DNA of 32,000 bases. Source: Acaryochloris marina MBIC11017 (lineage in GTDB: Bacteria; Cyanobacteriota; Cyanobacteriia; Thermosynechococcales; Thermosynechococcaceae). Below the pieces are notes generated by a model. That model did not search any database. It was not told the origin of the DNA and saw only the letters and a program-made list of their open reading frames with translations. This document shows positions 1-8,728 of this stretch, in pieces. The stretch covers positions 180,001 to 212,000 of the forward strand of contig NC_009926.1 of NCBI RefSeq assembly GCF_000018105.1, in the 5' to 3' direction. The translations under genes and the position numbers were made by a program. Within the stretch, counting starts at the first letter, position 1. Each line of letters opens with the position of its first letter.

Positions 1-505
1 GAAACCGATGAGTTCTATCACCTGCCAGTAAAGACTGTATTGGTTTTGGAAGAGCTGAATGTCCGTGATCCAGTCCATTGAAGTAGTCAGGATCAATGGA
101 GATTATGACTACTTTTAGAGCCTGACTGGCAAACCACTCTTCAATTTCAGTGTGGTTTGGGAGGTGATAAAGGTAGTGATGTCCTGCCAGTTCTTGATAG
201 TCACAATCGATGTCCGTTGCATCTAGCGTCTGTACTCGTGAGGTTCCCGATAGGTAGAATTTAGCGACTAGCGGAAATGTTGTCTCATGTTGGCGAATGA
301 CCCTCAAAGGCTGATTTAACCGACCGTGAAGAACAGCAATTTCGAGCCCCTGGCGAAGTTGCATGACTCGTTCGCCTGCCTGCCCAAACTGTATCGGCAA
401 GTTGCTTTGCACCCCATACTCAAGCAGTTGGTAAATTGTCTCGCCCTTATTCTCTGCTTGCTCCATCAGGTCCGTCAAATCAGCTTGGGTAAGGGTAAGC
501 GCCAT
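1..505 (-). CDS. AraC/XylS-family regulator, PchR/YbtA-like N-terminal part (partial; the 3' end lies beyond the left edge)
   Basis: Absent from the ORF track because it has no stop in the window. The reverse strand from ATG (505..503) reads MALTLTQADLTDLMEQAENKGETIYQLLEYGVQSNLPIQFGQAGERVMQLRQGLEIAVLHGRLNQPLRVIRQHETTFPLVAKFYLSGTSRVQT...HHYLYHLPNHTEIEEW... with no stop down to nt 1. It is colinear with the N-terminal ~175 aa of the complete AraC ORF at 15317..16396 (FPLTAKFYLSGSSRVQT, HYLYYLPDMIEVEEW). Confidence 0.8.
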   Translation of the reverse strand, partial: MALTLTQADLTDLMEQAENKGETIYQLLEYGVQSNLPIQFGQAGERVMQLRQGLEIAVLHGRLNQPLRVIRQHETTFPLVAKFYLSGTSRVQTLDATDIDCDYQELAGHHYLYHLPNHTEIEEWFASQALKVVIISIDPDYFNGLDHGHSALPKPIQSLLAGDRTHRF

Positions 506-529
506 ATTAGTTAATGCCCTACTTGTAAG

Positions 530-544
530 TAAGAATAATTCTCA
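530..544. promoter_or_regulatory. Fur-box-like 7-1-7 dyad, 25-39 nt upstream of the partial AraC gene start
   Basis: TAAGAATAATTCTCA is the reverse complement of TGAGAATTATTCTTA. It matches the 7-1-7 Fur consensus TGATAATnATTATCA at 11 of 14 specified positions, and two of the three mismatches are dyad-symmetric. An identical 15-mer occurs at 16503..16517. Confidence 0.4.
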
Positions 545-590
545 TCAATTTTTAAACTTAGCAGACCTCTAAAGTGATTTACAAGGAATG

Positions 591-622
591 TTGATCCACT
601 CCCACCGCTGAAGCAGGTGGGA
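591..622 (-). repeat. Terminal stem-loop just 3' of the truncated tnpB (putative IS200/IS605 right end / omega-RNA 3' region)
   Basis: TTGATCCACTCCCACCGCTGAAGCAGGTGGGA lies 9 nt beyond the tnpB stop and forms a 7-bp stem (TCCCACC/GGTGGGA). The same 32-mer, with one mismatch, recurs at 8383..8414. Confidence 0.5.
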
Positions 623-630
623 TTCGGGAC

Positions 631-1143
631 TCAAGCAGCCATAGCCGTCTGAGACGGTCTAACATCGCCGACTGCCAGAGACAGAGATCCTGCCTCTTTG
701 ATGTTGTTGGCTGCGTTGCCATCACGGTCATTGACCGTCTGACAACTGGGACAGCGCCAGCGCCTAACGTCCAAGGGCAACGACTCCAGCACATACTTGC
801 AGTGGTTACACGTCTTGCTCGACGGATACCACTGATCCACATAGCCCAAGGTCTTGCCCTTTTTGAAGGCAACGAACTCTAGAATTTGCAGGAATTCACG
901 GAAGGCCAGATCGTTAACTTTACGACCCCATAGTCGCTGCATTCCCTTCAAATTCAAGGTCTCAAAAAACAGGTGGTCATACTGGTCTGTGAGCTGATGA
1001 GCCAGCTTCCAAAACCAGTCTGTCCGCTTGTTCTTGATGGCTTCATGGATACGAGCATAGTGCTTTCTAGCTTGTTCACGACCCTTGGAACCTTTCTGCT
1101 TACGAGAAAGGTGGCGATTGGCCAGTTTGGTCTGATTGATCCC
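631..1143 (-). pseudogene. tnpB: IS200/IS605-family TnpB (OrfB), C-terminal half only, 5'-truncated
   Basis: The reverse frame is open from 1143 after TAA TAA. It reads GINQTKLANRHLSRKQKGSKGREQARKHYARIHEAIKNKRTDWFWKLAHQLTDQYDHLFFETLNLKGMQRLWGRKVNDLAFREF...SSKTCNHCKYV...WRCPSCQTVNDRDGNAANNI. It keeps the RuvC-II Glu (FFETLN), the CxxC...CxxC zinc ribbon and the RuvC-III DRD. The WED/REC/RuvC-I part is missing, and the ORF-track entry 631..957 covers only the tail. Confidence 0.85.
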
Positions 1144-1169
1144 TTATTACAAGACAAGGAAATAGGTGA

Positions 1170-1361
1170 GTGAGAAGGGTCTTGTGTGAATCTGCGTGGA
1201 CCGCAATTAAAAAGGATAAAGAGTTAAGGGAATCTTTTGAGAGGCTTTATCCTAAAACTGGAAAGAAGAAAGCAATCGTAGCAGTAGCCCGTAAATTAGT
1301 AGGTCGAATACGTGCTGCTTTTCGTCAAAAAACTATTTACCAAATGAGTACTATTAGTTAA
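1170..1361 (+). pseudogene. IS110-family transposase, C-terminal fragment
   Basis: RRVLCESAWTAIKKDKELRESFERLYPKTGKKKAIVAVARKLVGRIRAAF matches the conserved C-terminal (Transposase_20-type) end of IS110 transposases. Only ~60 aa remain, and the fragment abuts the truncated tnpB. Confidence 0.7.
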
Positions 1362-2021
1362 CTAAAAAAGTATCACTAAGGAAAAGGTTGAGAGACAATA
1401 GAAAGATTTATCAACACATTCTGGCTTTGTAACCACGATGAAATGTCGGTGTGTATTGGATATCAATATCCACGTGTATATTGTTTGCGGTGCAAAGTTT
1501 TTAGGACGAATAAGGAAAGAGTGGCACAGCTAAGGCAGTGACTACGAATGACTGACAGTTGCAAATCTATCGACTAATCTTTCAGCGTAAATTATCCCGA
1601 TAAAAAATCAGAGAACTCGTACCATGGAATTTATTATGACTCTCCTTAGAAGTTAAAGGAGAAAATTTCTTTTGGATACTCTTGACAACTCATCACGACT
1701 GACTTTTTACATTTGCTAACCAACCAGATATGTTTCACCTAGGAATAGTAAATTCGTGATACTCATCCAACAATCACAAAATAGATAATTTACAGATTAA
1801 GTGTAGATGAACTTTGTGATTGTAGAGGAGTCACCTAAGTTTTCCCCTCTCCCAGTGAGCTTTAATACTGCACTTTCCCGTGTCCAATAAAGGTTTTGGG
1901 CTTACTCCGAATGTGGATCCCCGGAGAGAAAGCTTCAAGCTTCCAATATTTCTAACTGCAAGAAAATTTAACTTCACTCATATGATACAGGAATCACAAG
2001 CACTCGAAAAATGTAGGAAAT

Positions 2022-2353
2022 TGTCACCGATCGATTTGATGGAGGATATTCAATCAGCATGTGGACATGATCTTTACTGACCACGCCTTTTAGTATGCGG
2101 ATATCCTCTGCATCGCATATCTGGATGAGCAACTCACGGCATCAGTTTTGCACTTCGCCTTTGAGCACCTGATAACGATACTTGGTGACCCATACAACAT
2201 GAACAGTTAAGCGGGTGACGGTATGATTCCCACGAAGATTCTCGACCATAGACTTCTGGATGCTGCTGCTCTATCCTGCATAAGAGCTGTGTAGCAATTA
2301 AAGTCTCGCACTGAAAGTGCGTAGTTTCGGACTAGCGTGTTTAGGACAATGAA
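2022..2353 (-). pseudogene. tnpA: IS200-type Y1 transposase (tnpA), 5' fragment with left-end hairpin (copy 1)
   Basis: Near-identical to 13586..13757 plus 14945..15104. The reverse strand from ATG 2249 reads MVENLRGNHTVTRLTVHVVWVTKYRYQVLKGEVQN*CRELLIQICDAEDIRILKGVVSKDHVHMLIEYPP (HUH motif HVH). There is an in-frame TGA at 2142..2144, and the gene is truncated at ~2022. A hairpin CGCAC-TGAAA-GTGCG lies at 2307..2321. Confidence 0.8.
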
Positions 2354-2467
2354 AAACCTGTCAACTATAAAAGTGAGACAAATATGAAATTACTGAATTA
2401 TTATTAATACTATTTATTGATTTTTTTATGATCTTGATTCAGCAAAATAATGCTATTATCGTTCCAA

Positions 2468-2582
2468 ACGAAGGGGAGTAGCTTTAGTCGAACAAGGCCC
2501 ATCGTCTGAGTCAACATACTGGTGTTAAGCCTGGTTCAGACGGCAATTTAGAATTTTCTAGTTTGCAAGCGAGACCTTCATT
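2468..2582 (+). promoter_or_regulatory. yybP-ykoY (Mn2+) riboswitch aptamer in the leader of the UPF0016 gene
   Basis: It carries the hallmark conserved blocks in the right order: GAAGGGGAGUAGC (2470..2482), GUCAACAUAC (2510..2519) and GCAAGCGAGACCUUC (2565..2579). The outer pairing GAAGG/CCUUC closes P1. Compare the L. lactis aptamer: AAAGGGGAGUAGC...UUGACAUAC...GCAAGACCUUU. It lies ~85 nt upstream of a Mn/Ca-transporter-family gene. Confidence 0.75.
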
Positions 2583-2665
2583 AAGTCCACAACAAGAGTG
2601 GGCTTGATGGGGTCTTTGGAAATACCTATCATGCCTGCTCATGCAATACAGTACTGGAGCAGCAA

Positions 2666-3289
2666 ATGAGCCTCTTGCCTGGATTTACAGCCGGATTGTT
2701 ACTAATTACGCTTTCAGAATTGGGTGACAAAACTTTTTTTATCGGTGCCATTCTAGCGATGCGTCACCCACGACGCTGGGTTTATGGGGGAGTAACCGTC
2801 GCTCTGGCTACAATGACGGCCTTGTCGGTCTGGATTGGGCAGGTAGCAACAGTCTTTCCTCAGCAGTATGTTAAAGGAATATCGGTGGTCTTGTTTCTTG
2901 GCTTTGGCCTCAAGCTGCTCAACGACGCGATGCGAATGTCCGGCAATGAGAGGATGATTCATGAGCAAGCTGATGCATTAGAGGCTATCCAATGTCGGGA
3001 GCAGGGCGTTACTGCTTGTCCAGGCAGAGCGGTATGGATGGAAGCGTTTACTTTGACCTTTGTGGCGGAGTGGGGGGATCGGACCCAGGTCGCGACGATT
3101 ACTTTAGCAACCGCCCAAAATCCTTATGGTGTCTTTTTGGGAGCTGTTTTGGGTCATGCTATTTGTGCCGCAATTGCAGTCGTCTGTGGAAAATTGATTG
3201 CCGGACAGATTTCAGAGCGTTTACTCACTGCCATAGGTGGTGTTTTATTTCTGATATTCGGCATCGTCGTTATCCAGCAGATGACCTGA
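2666..3289 (+). CDS. UPF0016 (GDT1/TMEM165/Mnx-type) membrane cation (Mn2+/Ca2+) transporter
   Basis: 207 aa and hydrophobic throughout. It has two copies of the family signature E-x-G-D-[KR]-T (ELGDKT, EWGDRT), each at the start of a 3-TM repeat. Confidence 0.9.
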   Translation: MSLLPGFTAGLLLITLSELGDKTFFIGAILAMRHPRRWVYGGVTVALATMTALSVWIGQVATVFPQQYVKGISVVLFLGFGLKLLNDAMRMSGNERMIHEQADALEAIQCREQGVTACPGRAVWMEAFTLTFVAEWGDRTQVATITLATAQNPYGVFLGAVLGHAICAAIAVVCGKLIAGQISERLLTAIGGVLFLIFGIVVIQQMT

Positions 3290-3543
3290 TCCGCAACGCT
3301 GAGGGATACTGAGAATGAGAATTCCTTAAATTCAAAACCGTAATTTTTTGTTCGAATGACCCCGCTGGTCCTACTTAGTAAAACGCGGCAATAATGGAGA
3401 ATAAGTCTTAAAGCAACCCCGATCGCTGCCAAAATCCATGGCAATTACAAGATCCAGCGTTGTTGGAAGATCAATCGGCTGATGGCCGGAGATGGGGGAG
3501 CAGCTGTCTCTATCTGCACAGGTACACCCAACTGTTTTGTCGC

Positions 3544-3929
3544 TCAAAGATTGGCTTCTCCTAGAGAGCTAAAGACTCTACCAGGGCAGCCATACAAATT
3601 TTGAGTGACCTTGGCCACCATTGGCCCCCACAGGGCAATGAGCTTAGCGGAATCGGGGACCATAGCCACACCAGCACAATATTCAGAAATCAATGGCTTA
3701 TGTTTTTTGGTCCAATCAATGCCCTCTTTGCGGATTTGCTTGGCTTCAGGTGATTTCCCTTGTTTCTCTGCCGCTTCAGCATTATCCCGCTGCAGCACTA
3801 AGGAAACGGTTCTTCCTTCGCCAACCATTCCTCGAAGCAGGCATAGAATTGCGCCATCTCTTCAGGCGTGCCAAGTCCTCGAAAACGAGTTGAGACAAGG
3901 GGCCAGCGGCTATCATCAATAGTGAGCAT
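3544..3929 (-). pseudogene. Conserved hypothetical protein, split by one frameshift
   Basis: ATG at 3929 gives MLTIDDSRWPLVSTRFRGLGTPEEMAQFYACFEEWLAKEEPFP*. The sequence continues one frame over as ...SLVLQRDNAEAAEKQGKSPEAKQIRKEGIDWTKKHKPLISEYCAGVAMVPDSAKLIALWGPMV... (track ORF 3544..3828). The two frames overlap at 3795..3828. I did not recognise the family. Confidence 0.5.
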
Positions 3930-4012
3930 AATCCATCACAAAGTTAGGGTGGGCTATGGCTAAACGGTTGTTTCTAGAATCAAACAAGCATTGCGTAAGG
4001 GCGGTAATTTAC

Positions 4013-4771
4013 TCAGCCAAGGGACCCGACGAAAAAGCCGATGCGATGCGGATATCGACAGTTTGCTTGAATCAAGGATTGAACACTTGTGAGGGACAAT
4101 CCCATCGCTGCGATGTCCTGTTCATTTTTGATAAACCAGTTCAAGGGGGCACCGAGTTGAGCCAACTGTTTGGCTCCTTTGCTATTTGAAGTACCACCCA
4201 ATGCATCAAATACAAGCGTTGCACCTGGAAGTCGGTGGCGAAGTTGATCAATTAAGTGCTGTACTTGGTTTTCTTCGAAATACATCAGCAATCCTTCTGC
4301 AATGATCAGCAGATTTTCAGGATTTCCAGGTAATTCGTCCATCCAAGTGAAATCCAGTGCAGATTGAGCGAGGAATCGATGGTGGTCAGTTTCTGTATCT
4401 AGCTGGCGTCGAAGGGTGGTTATTTCGGGTAAATCTAACTCTAGCCAATAGCGGTAGCCTTGTCCCACGCGATAGTAGCGGGTTGACAACCCTGCTCCCA
4501 GCTCAATGGTGATCGCTTCCTGATGACTGGCTAGATACCGTTGGGTAACTTGGTCGAATAGATGAGCGCGTACAGCCCAAGTGAGTTGCGCTAGTGAACC
4601 ACTATAGAAGATATCTAATTCAGGATCCCATTGGAGCAAAGACCACTATTCCATTATTTTTGGGTCATGAAAGATGGCATCAGAACGTTGGTGCTCTTCA
4701 ACACGAGCACGAGTGGTCATCAGCATCGTACGGGGAACGCCCGTCAGTTTAGACTCAGATGGGCTGATCAT
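4013..4771 (-). pseudogene. Class I SAM-dependent (TcmP/leucine-carboxyl-type) O-methyltransferase with an in-frame TAG
   Basis: MISPSESKLTGVPRTMLMTTRARVEEHQRSDAIFHDPKIME-TAG(4646..4648)-WSLLQWDPELD...ITIELGAGLSTRY...LLIIAEGLLMYF. Track ORFs 4646..4837 and 4013..4639 are in the same frame and are separated only by this stop. Confidence 0.75.
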
Positions 4772-4981
4772 TATTCCTCTCCTACAGCGTAGAGGTCTAG
4801 TTATCGAAAAATAGATGGACTCTCCCTTTGAGTTCAAGGATATAAATTATTGAAAATCTTTCTCAACTGTGTATGCACAATTATAAATGACCTACTGTGA
4901 ATCTGTTGTACGCCAAACGGTTCTTTTCTAATAGGAACTGAAAATCGACGCAATAGATCCTGGATCAGTGGCATATTTGGG

Positions 4982-5585
4982 CTAAATGGGCATTGTTAAA
5001 TCTGTGCCCGATTGTACCCACCATAGCCTGGCGTAGACTCCATCAAGGGCCAGTAATTCAGAATGAATACCCTGTTCTATAATCTGTCCACCATCTATTA
5101 CATAGATACAGTCAGCATTACGAATCGTTGAGAGTCGATGGGCAATTACAATGGTTTTCCGATTTTGTGTAATCTTGGCTAATGATTTCTGAATAGCCGC
5201 TTCCATTTCGTTATCCATGGCTGAGGTGGCTTCGTCCAGAATCAAAATCGGTGGGCCTTTGAGAATGGCACGGGCAATGGCAATTCGCTGTCGCTGTCCT
5301 CCAGAAAGCTTCTGTCCGCGTTCTCCGACGATGATGTCATAGCTGCTTGATGAACTCATGGATTTCCGCTAACTAAGCAGCCAGAATAATCTGTTCATGG
5401 GTTGAGCTAAAACTTCCATAGCCAATATTTTCGGTGATGGTGCCATGAAATAAAAAGATATCTTGACTGACCTATCCGATGCATCGTCGTAGATAACAAA
5501 GGTCGAGTTCACGGATGTCCATACCGTCAATCAAAATGGGATCTTGTCCGCTTTTGATACTGGTGGCGAAATACTCCTTAACGCA
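4982..5585 (-). pseudogene. ABC exporter ATP-binding domain (MsbA/YbtPQ/PchHI-type), decayed remnant
   Basis: SGQDPILIDGMDIRELDLCYLRRCIG-TAG-VSQDIFLFHGTITENIGYG...[18 protein letters not shown], then a frameshift, then [43 protein letters not shown] (signature and Walker B). Walker A and the membrane domain are missing. The 5' side is cut by the ISAzo13 element. Confidence 0.85.
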
Positions 5586-5722
5586 TGAAAGGGGCATTTT
5601 TATAACTACATACAATGAGCTGTAATCAATTCTAGTGGGGGCATTTAGGCGATTTCTAGGAAAGACCTCACATACTTCTGACCACAGAATGTAATAGTGA
5701 TGCATTGAATCTAACTCTGAGC

Positions 5723-6921
5723 ATGCGTGACCAATTAACCTGGAATCAACTTGAAGATCTGAAATTTGCCTCCTCGAAAATGACAGGAGCCCGCCGCCGG
5801 GCTTTCCAGGCAGACATCGCCCTCAAATACTGTGACGGGAACCCCAATCTCACAGAAATTATCTTTGGCTGGGGTCGAAATACGGTGGCAACAGGTTTAG
5901 GTGAGAAGCGAACAGGCATGATTTGTGTGGGTGCTCAGTCGGGTTTCTGTGGCAGGAAACGTTGGGAAGACCTTCACCCAGAGGTCGCAACCGCCTTACG
6001 GGAGCTTGCAGAAGCCCATTGCCAACAAGACCCCACCTTTTCCAGCTCAACTGCCTATACCCGCTTAACAGCGGCTGCCGCTATCACCCACTTGAGAGCG
6101 CAAGGATTTCCCCCCAAGTCTGTACCGGCAAAGAGTACCATGGCCGTCGTCTTGAATCGGTTAGGCTATCGACTCCGCCGTGTCCTCAAAGCTAAACCCC
6201 CAAAAAACTGCCGGAAACCGATGCCATCTTTGCCAATCTCAAACACAAAGACCTGAAAGACCATGACGGTACCGTCAAACGATTGAGCATCGATTGCAAA
6301 GCCACCGTTGAACTAGGGGAGTCCTCTCGTCGGGGCAAGACTCGAACCCAAACGAAAGCCTGTGATCACGATATGGGGAGTGGGCCAAAATATATTCCCT
6401 GCGGCATCCTAGAGGAGGACACCGATACGTTACACATCATCTTTGGCCATTCTCACAAAACGAGCGATTTTATGGTCGATAATCTCCAGGATTGGTGGAA
6501 CACCCTGGCCCCCACCGAACAGCAAACCCTGCAGCTCATCCAGATCAAGTTGGATAACGGTCCTGAGAATAGTGGGGTACGCACTCAGTTCCTCAATCGA
6601 CTGGTGGCATTTAGCGATCACATCGGCACCGCTATTCAACTCCTGTACTATCCGCCTTATCACAGCAAGTACAACCCCATTGAGCGATGTTGGGGGATTT
6701 TGGAGCAACACTGGAACGGAACCTTATTAACCGATGTTGATACCCTGTTGGGATGGGCTAGCACCATGACTTGGAAGGGGAATCACCCCGTTGTAACTGT
6801 GACACAGAAGATTTATGAAACAGGAATTTCGCTTACTAAACAAGCAATGAAAGGCATTGAGAAACGATTGGAGAGACATCCTCAGTTACCCAAGTGGGAC
6901 ATCCTAATTCATCCAATTTAG
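5723..6921 (+). CDS. ISAzo13-family DDE transposase in two frames (-1 shift at 6202..6208)
   Basis: It carries the family hallmark YYPPYHSKYNPIERCW. Frame 1 ends ...RRVLKAKPPKNCRK...; the -1 frame reads TPKKLPETDAIFANLKHKDLKDHDGTVKRLSIDCKATVELGE..., continuing into track ORF 6283..6921. The joined product would be about 400 aa. Confidence 0.8.
6202..6208 (+). promoter_or_regulatory. Candidate -1 programmed frameshift heptamer A_AAA_AAC
   Basis: The upstream-frame codons are CCA AAA AAC, so the X_XXY_YYZ motif is in the correct phase. A -1 slip gives ...KAKPPKKLPETDAIF..., a seamless junction. Confidence 0.4.
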
Positions 6922-6952
6922 TACGGGGCTTCTTTTCAGGAAATCACCTTAC

Positions 6953-8386
6953 ATGTCACTTCATCTGCAAGCTCAATATGTTGTACCAGCTGAAACTAAC
7001 AAAATTGCTCATGCCGTTTTCCCAAAAGGAAACCTATGCATTACGATGGCCAATGCACTGAGTGACTTTCTTAGCGATCAGGATTTCAAAGATTTCTTTG
7101 GGGTTCGGGGGTAACCAGCTGAATCCCCTTGGCGACTTGCGTTAGTGAGTATCCTACAGTTTCTCGAAGGCTTAACGGACCGCCAGGCTGCTGATGCGGT
7201 ACGCAGTCGCATCGACTGGAAGTACCTACTGTGCTTGGACTTGAGTGATGTGGGCTTTAACCACTCTGTGCTCAGTGAATTCCGAACCCGCTTAGTTACA
7301 GCAGGAGTCGAATCTCTTATCTTTGAAAAGCTCCTACAGTTTTGCCAGGAACGAGGGTGGCTAAAACCTCGCAGTCGCCAACGAACGGACTCAACCCATG
7401 TATTGGCTGCTATTCGCGCAGTGACTCGCCTAGAGTGTGCTGGAGAAACATTACGAGCGGCATTAAATGCCTTGGCTGTCGCCGCTCCTGATTGGCTGAT
7501 CGCCCATAGCCAACCAGAGTGGGCAGACCGCTACAGTGAGCGAATTGAAGATAATCACCTGCCCAAGTCCAAAAGCCAGAGAATCAAGCAAGCAGAACTC
7601 TACGGGAAAGACGGGCTAGAGCTGCTAAATGCAGTGCTTGCTGGCAACAGCCCAAGGTGGTTACGTCAAATTCTGGCAGTGGAAATTTTGCGAAAAGTCT
7701 GGGTTCAACAATACTACTGCTGTGAGCTCAGCATCATCTGGCGCACACAACAAGAAGCCCCTCCTGCCTCAGTGATGATTAGTTCTCCTTACGAACCTGA
7801 TGCCCATTATGCTAAGAAACACACAACTTCCTGGGTAGGCTACAAAGCCCATTTGAGTGAGACCTGTGAACCGGGCGAACTACACCTGATTACGAATGTT
7901 GAAACAACAGCAGCACCAGTTGATGGGGATATGACGGACTCTATTCATACTTCACTTGCGAACAACACATTGCTCTCCAGCAAACACATTGTTGATACTG
8001 GCTATCTTGATGTTGAACTTTTAGTCACCGCCCAAGAGCAATATCAGGTCGATTTACTGGGGCCAACCCGAACCAACCTTCGGTGGCAGGCGAAGGAAGC
8101 CAAAGGATTTGCAGCTGACGACTTTAAGGTAAATTGGCAAAACCAATCACTGACTTGTCCTGAAGGAAAATCGAGTGTCTCTTGGACACCTGCTATTGAT
8201 GGTCGAAACAATGAGGTGGTCAAGATTAAATTTGCCGCTTCTGATTGCTCGGTTTTTCCAAGCCTACATATATGCACTCGCAGTCAACGACAGCGTCGGG
8301 CAGTGACCCTTCGCCCGGAAGCACAGTACAAGGCACTACAGCAGGCTCGACAACGAGAACCAACGTCTGAATATCAACAAGATTGA
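6953..8386 (+). pseudogene. IS5/IS1182-family transposase with an in-frame TAA, 3'-truncated
   Basis: ATG 6953: MSLHLQAQYVVPAETNKIAHAVFPKGNLCITMANALSDFLSDQDFKDFFGVRG-TAA(7112..7114)-PAESPWRLALVSILQFLEGLTDRQAADAVRSRIDWKYLL... (InsH_N/DUF772-type N-terminus). The conserved C-terminal block expected after ...LQQARQREPTSEY is absent. The stop at 8384..8386 lies inside the palindrome 8383..8423. Confidence 0.8.
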
Positions 8387-8423
8387 TCCACTCCCACCGC
8401 TAAAGCAGGTGGGAGTGGATCAA
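8383..8423. repeat. Perfect 16-bp-arm palindrome related to the tnpB right-end stem-loop
   Basis: TTGATCCACTCCCACC-GCTAAAGCA-GGTGGGAGTGGATCAA. The first 32 nt match 591..622 with one mismatch. It sits at the junction between the truncated IS5/IS1182 gene and the 305-bp leader of the 577-aa TnpB-like gene. Confidence 0.7.
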
Positions 8424-8728
8424 TGCTATTGTGACCGGAGTCAAGGACTCTTTTACTTGGGGATAGTGGGACAAACTCCACTAAGAGAGAAGGCTCTCCA
8501 CTCATTGGGGAGATTGATTAATCCCCAAACATTTGACTTGCTACATCGCGCTGCTATTGGAAAGCCTATACGATAGTGTGAGTAGATTTATTCAACTTCA
8601 TCTAATTGAGCTTTTCAAGGCTGGGCTACTTAATAAATATTTCTTATAGGTATTGGAAAAATATGTCTGGGACCCTGATTAGATATTGCTCTCAGGGATC
8701 TTGAGACACAAATTTGTGAGAGAGGTTC

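Larger units (their letters stand above)
5646..6951 (+). mobile_element. ISAzo13-family insertion sequence (boundaries approximate)
   Basis: Imperfect terminal inverted repeats: left TAGGCGATTTCTAGGAAAGACC (5646..); right, reverse-complemented, TAAGGTGATTTCCTGAAAAGAAGCC (..6951). It interrupts the ABC gene on the left and abuts the IS5/IS1182-type ORF on the right. Confidence 0.55.

Noticed and set aside
326-514. Track ORF (62 aa, + strand)
   Set aside because: It is antisense to the well-supported AraC-family frame on the minus strand and has no recognisable motifs.
954-1173. Track ORFs 954..1157 (-) and 973..1173 (+)
   Set aside because: They are wrong-frame and antisense shadows of the truncated tnpB. 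The true frame (GINQTKLANRH...FFETLNLKGM) is continuous with 631..957.
1362-2021. An ORF-free AT-rich spacer of ~650 bp with a 10-bp inverted repeat (1771..1780 / 1813..1822) and a TTGACA box (~1682)
   Set aside because: I recognised no RNA family or IS end, and the repeats are short enough to be chance or IS110-end relics. I noted it only as unexplained sequence.
1880-2080. Track ORF (66 aa, + strand)
   Set aside because: Its 3' third runs antisense through the IS200 tnpA fragment and the rest lies in AT-rich spacer. It is chimeric and has no motifs.
2753-3444. Track ORFs overlapping or antisense to the UPF0016 gene (2753..2968 -, 2992..3312 +, 3154..3444 -)
   Set aside because: The UPF0016 frame, with its two ExGD[KR]T motifs, explains the region. 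The alternatives lack motifs.
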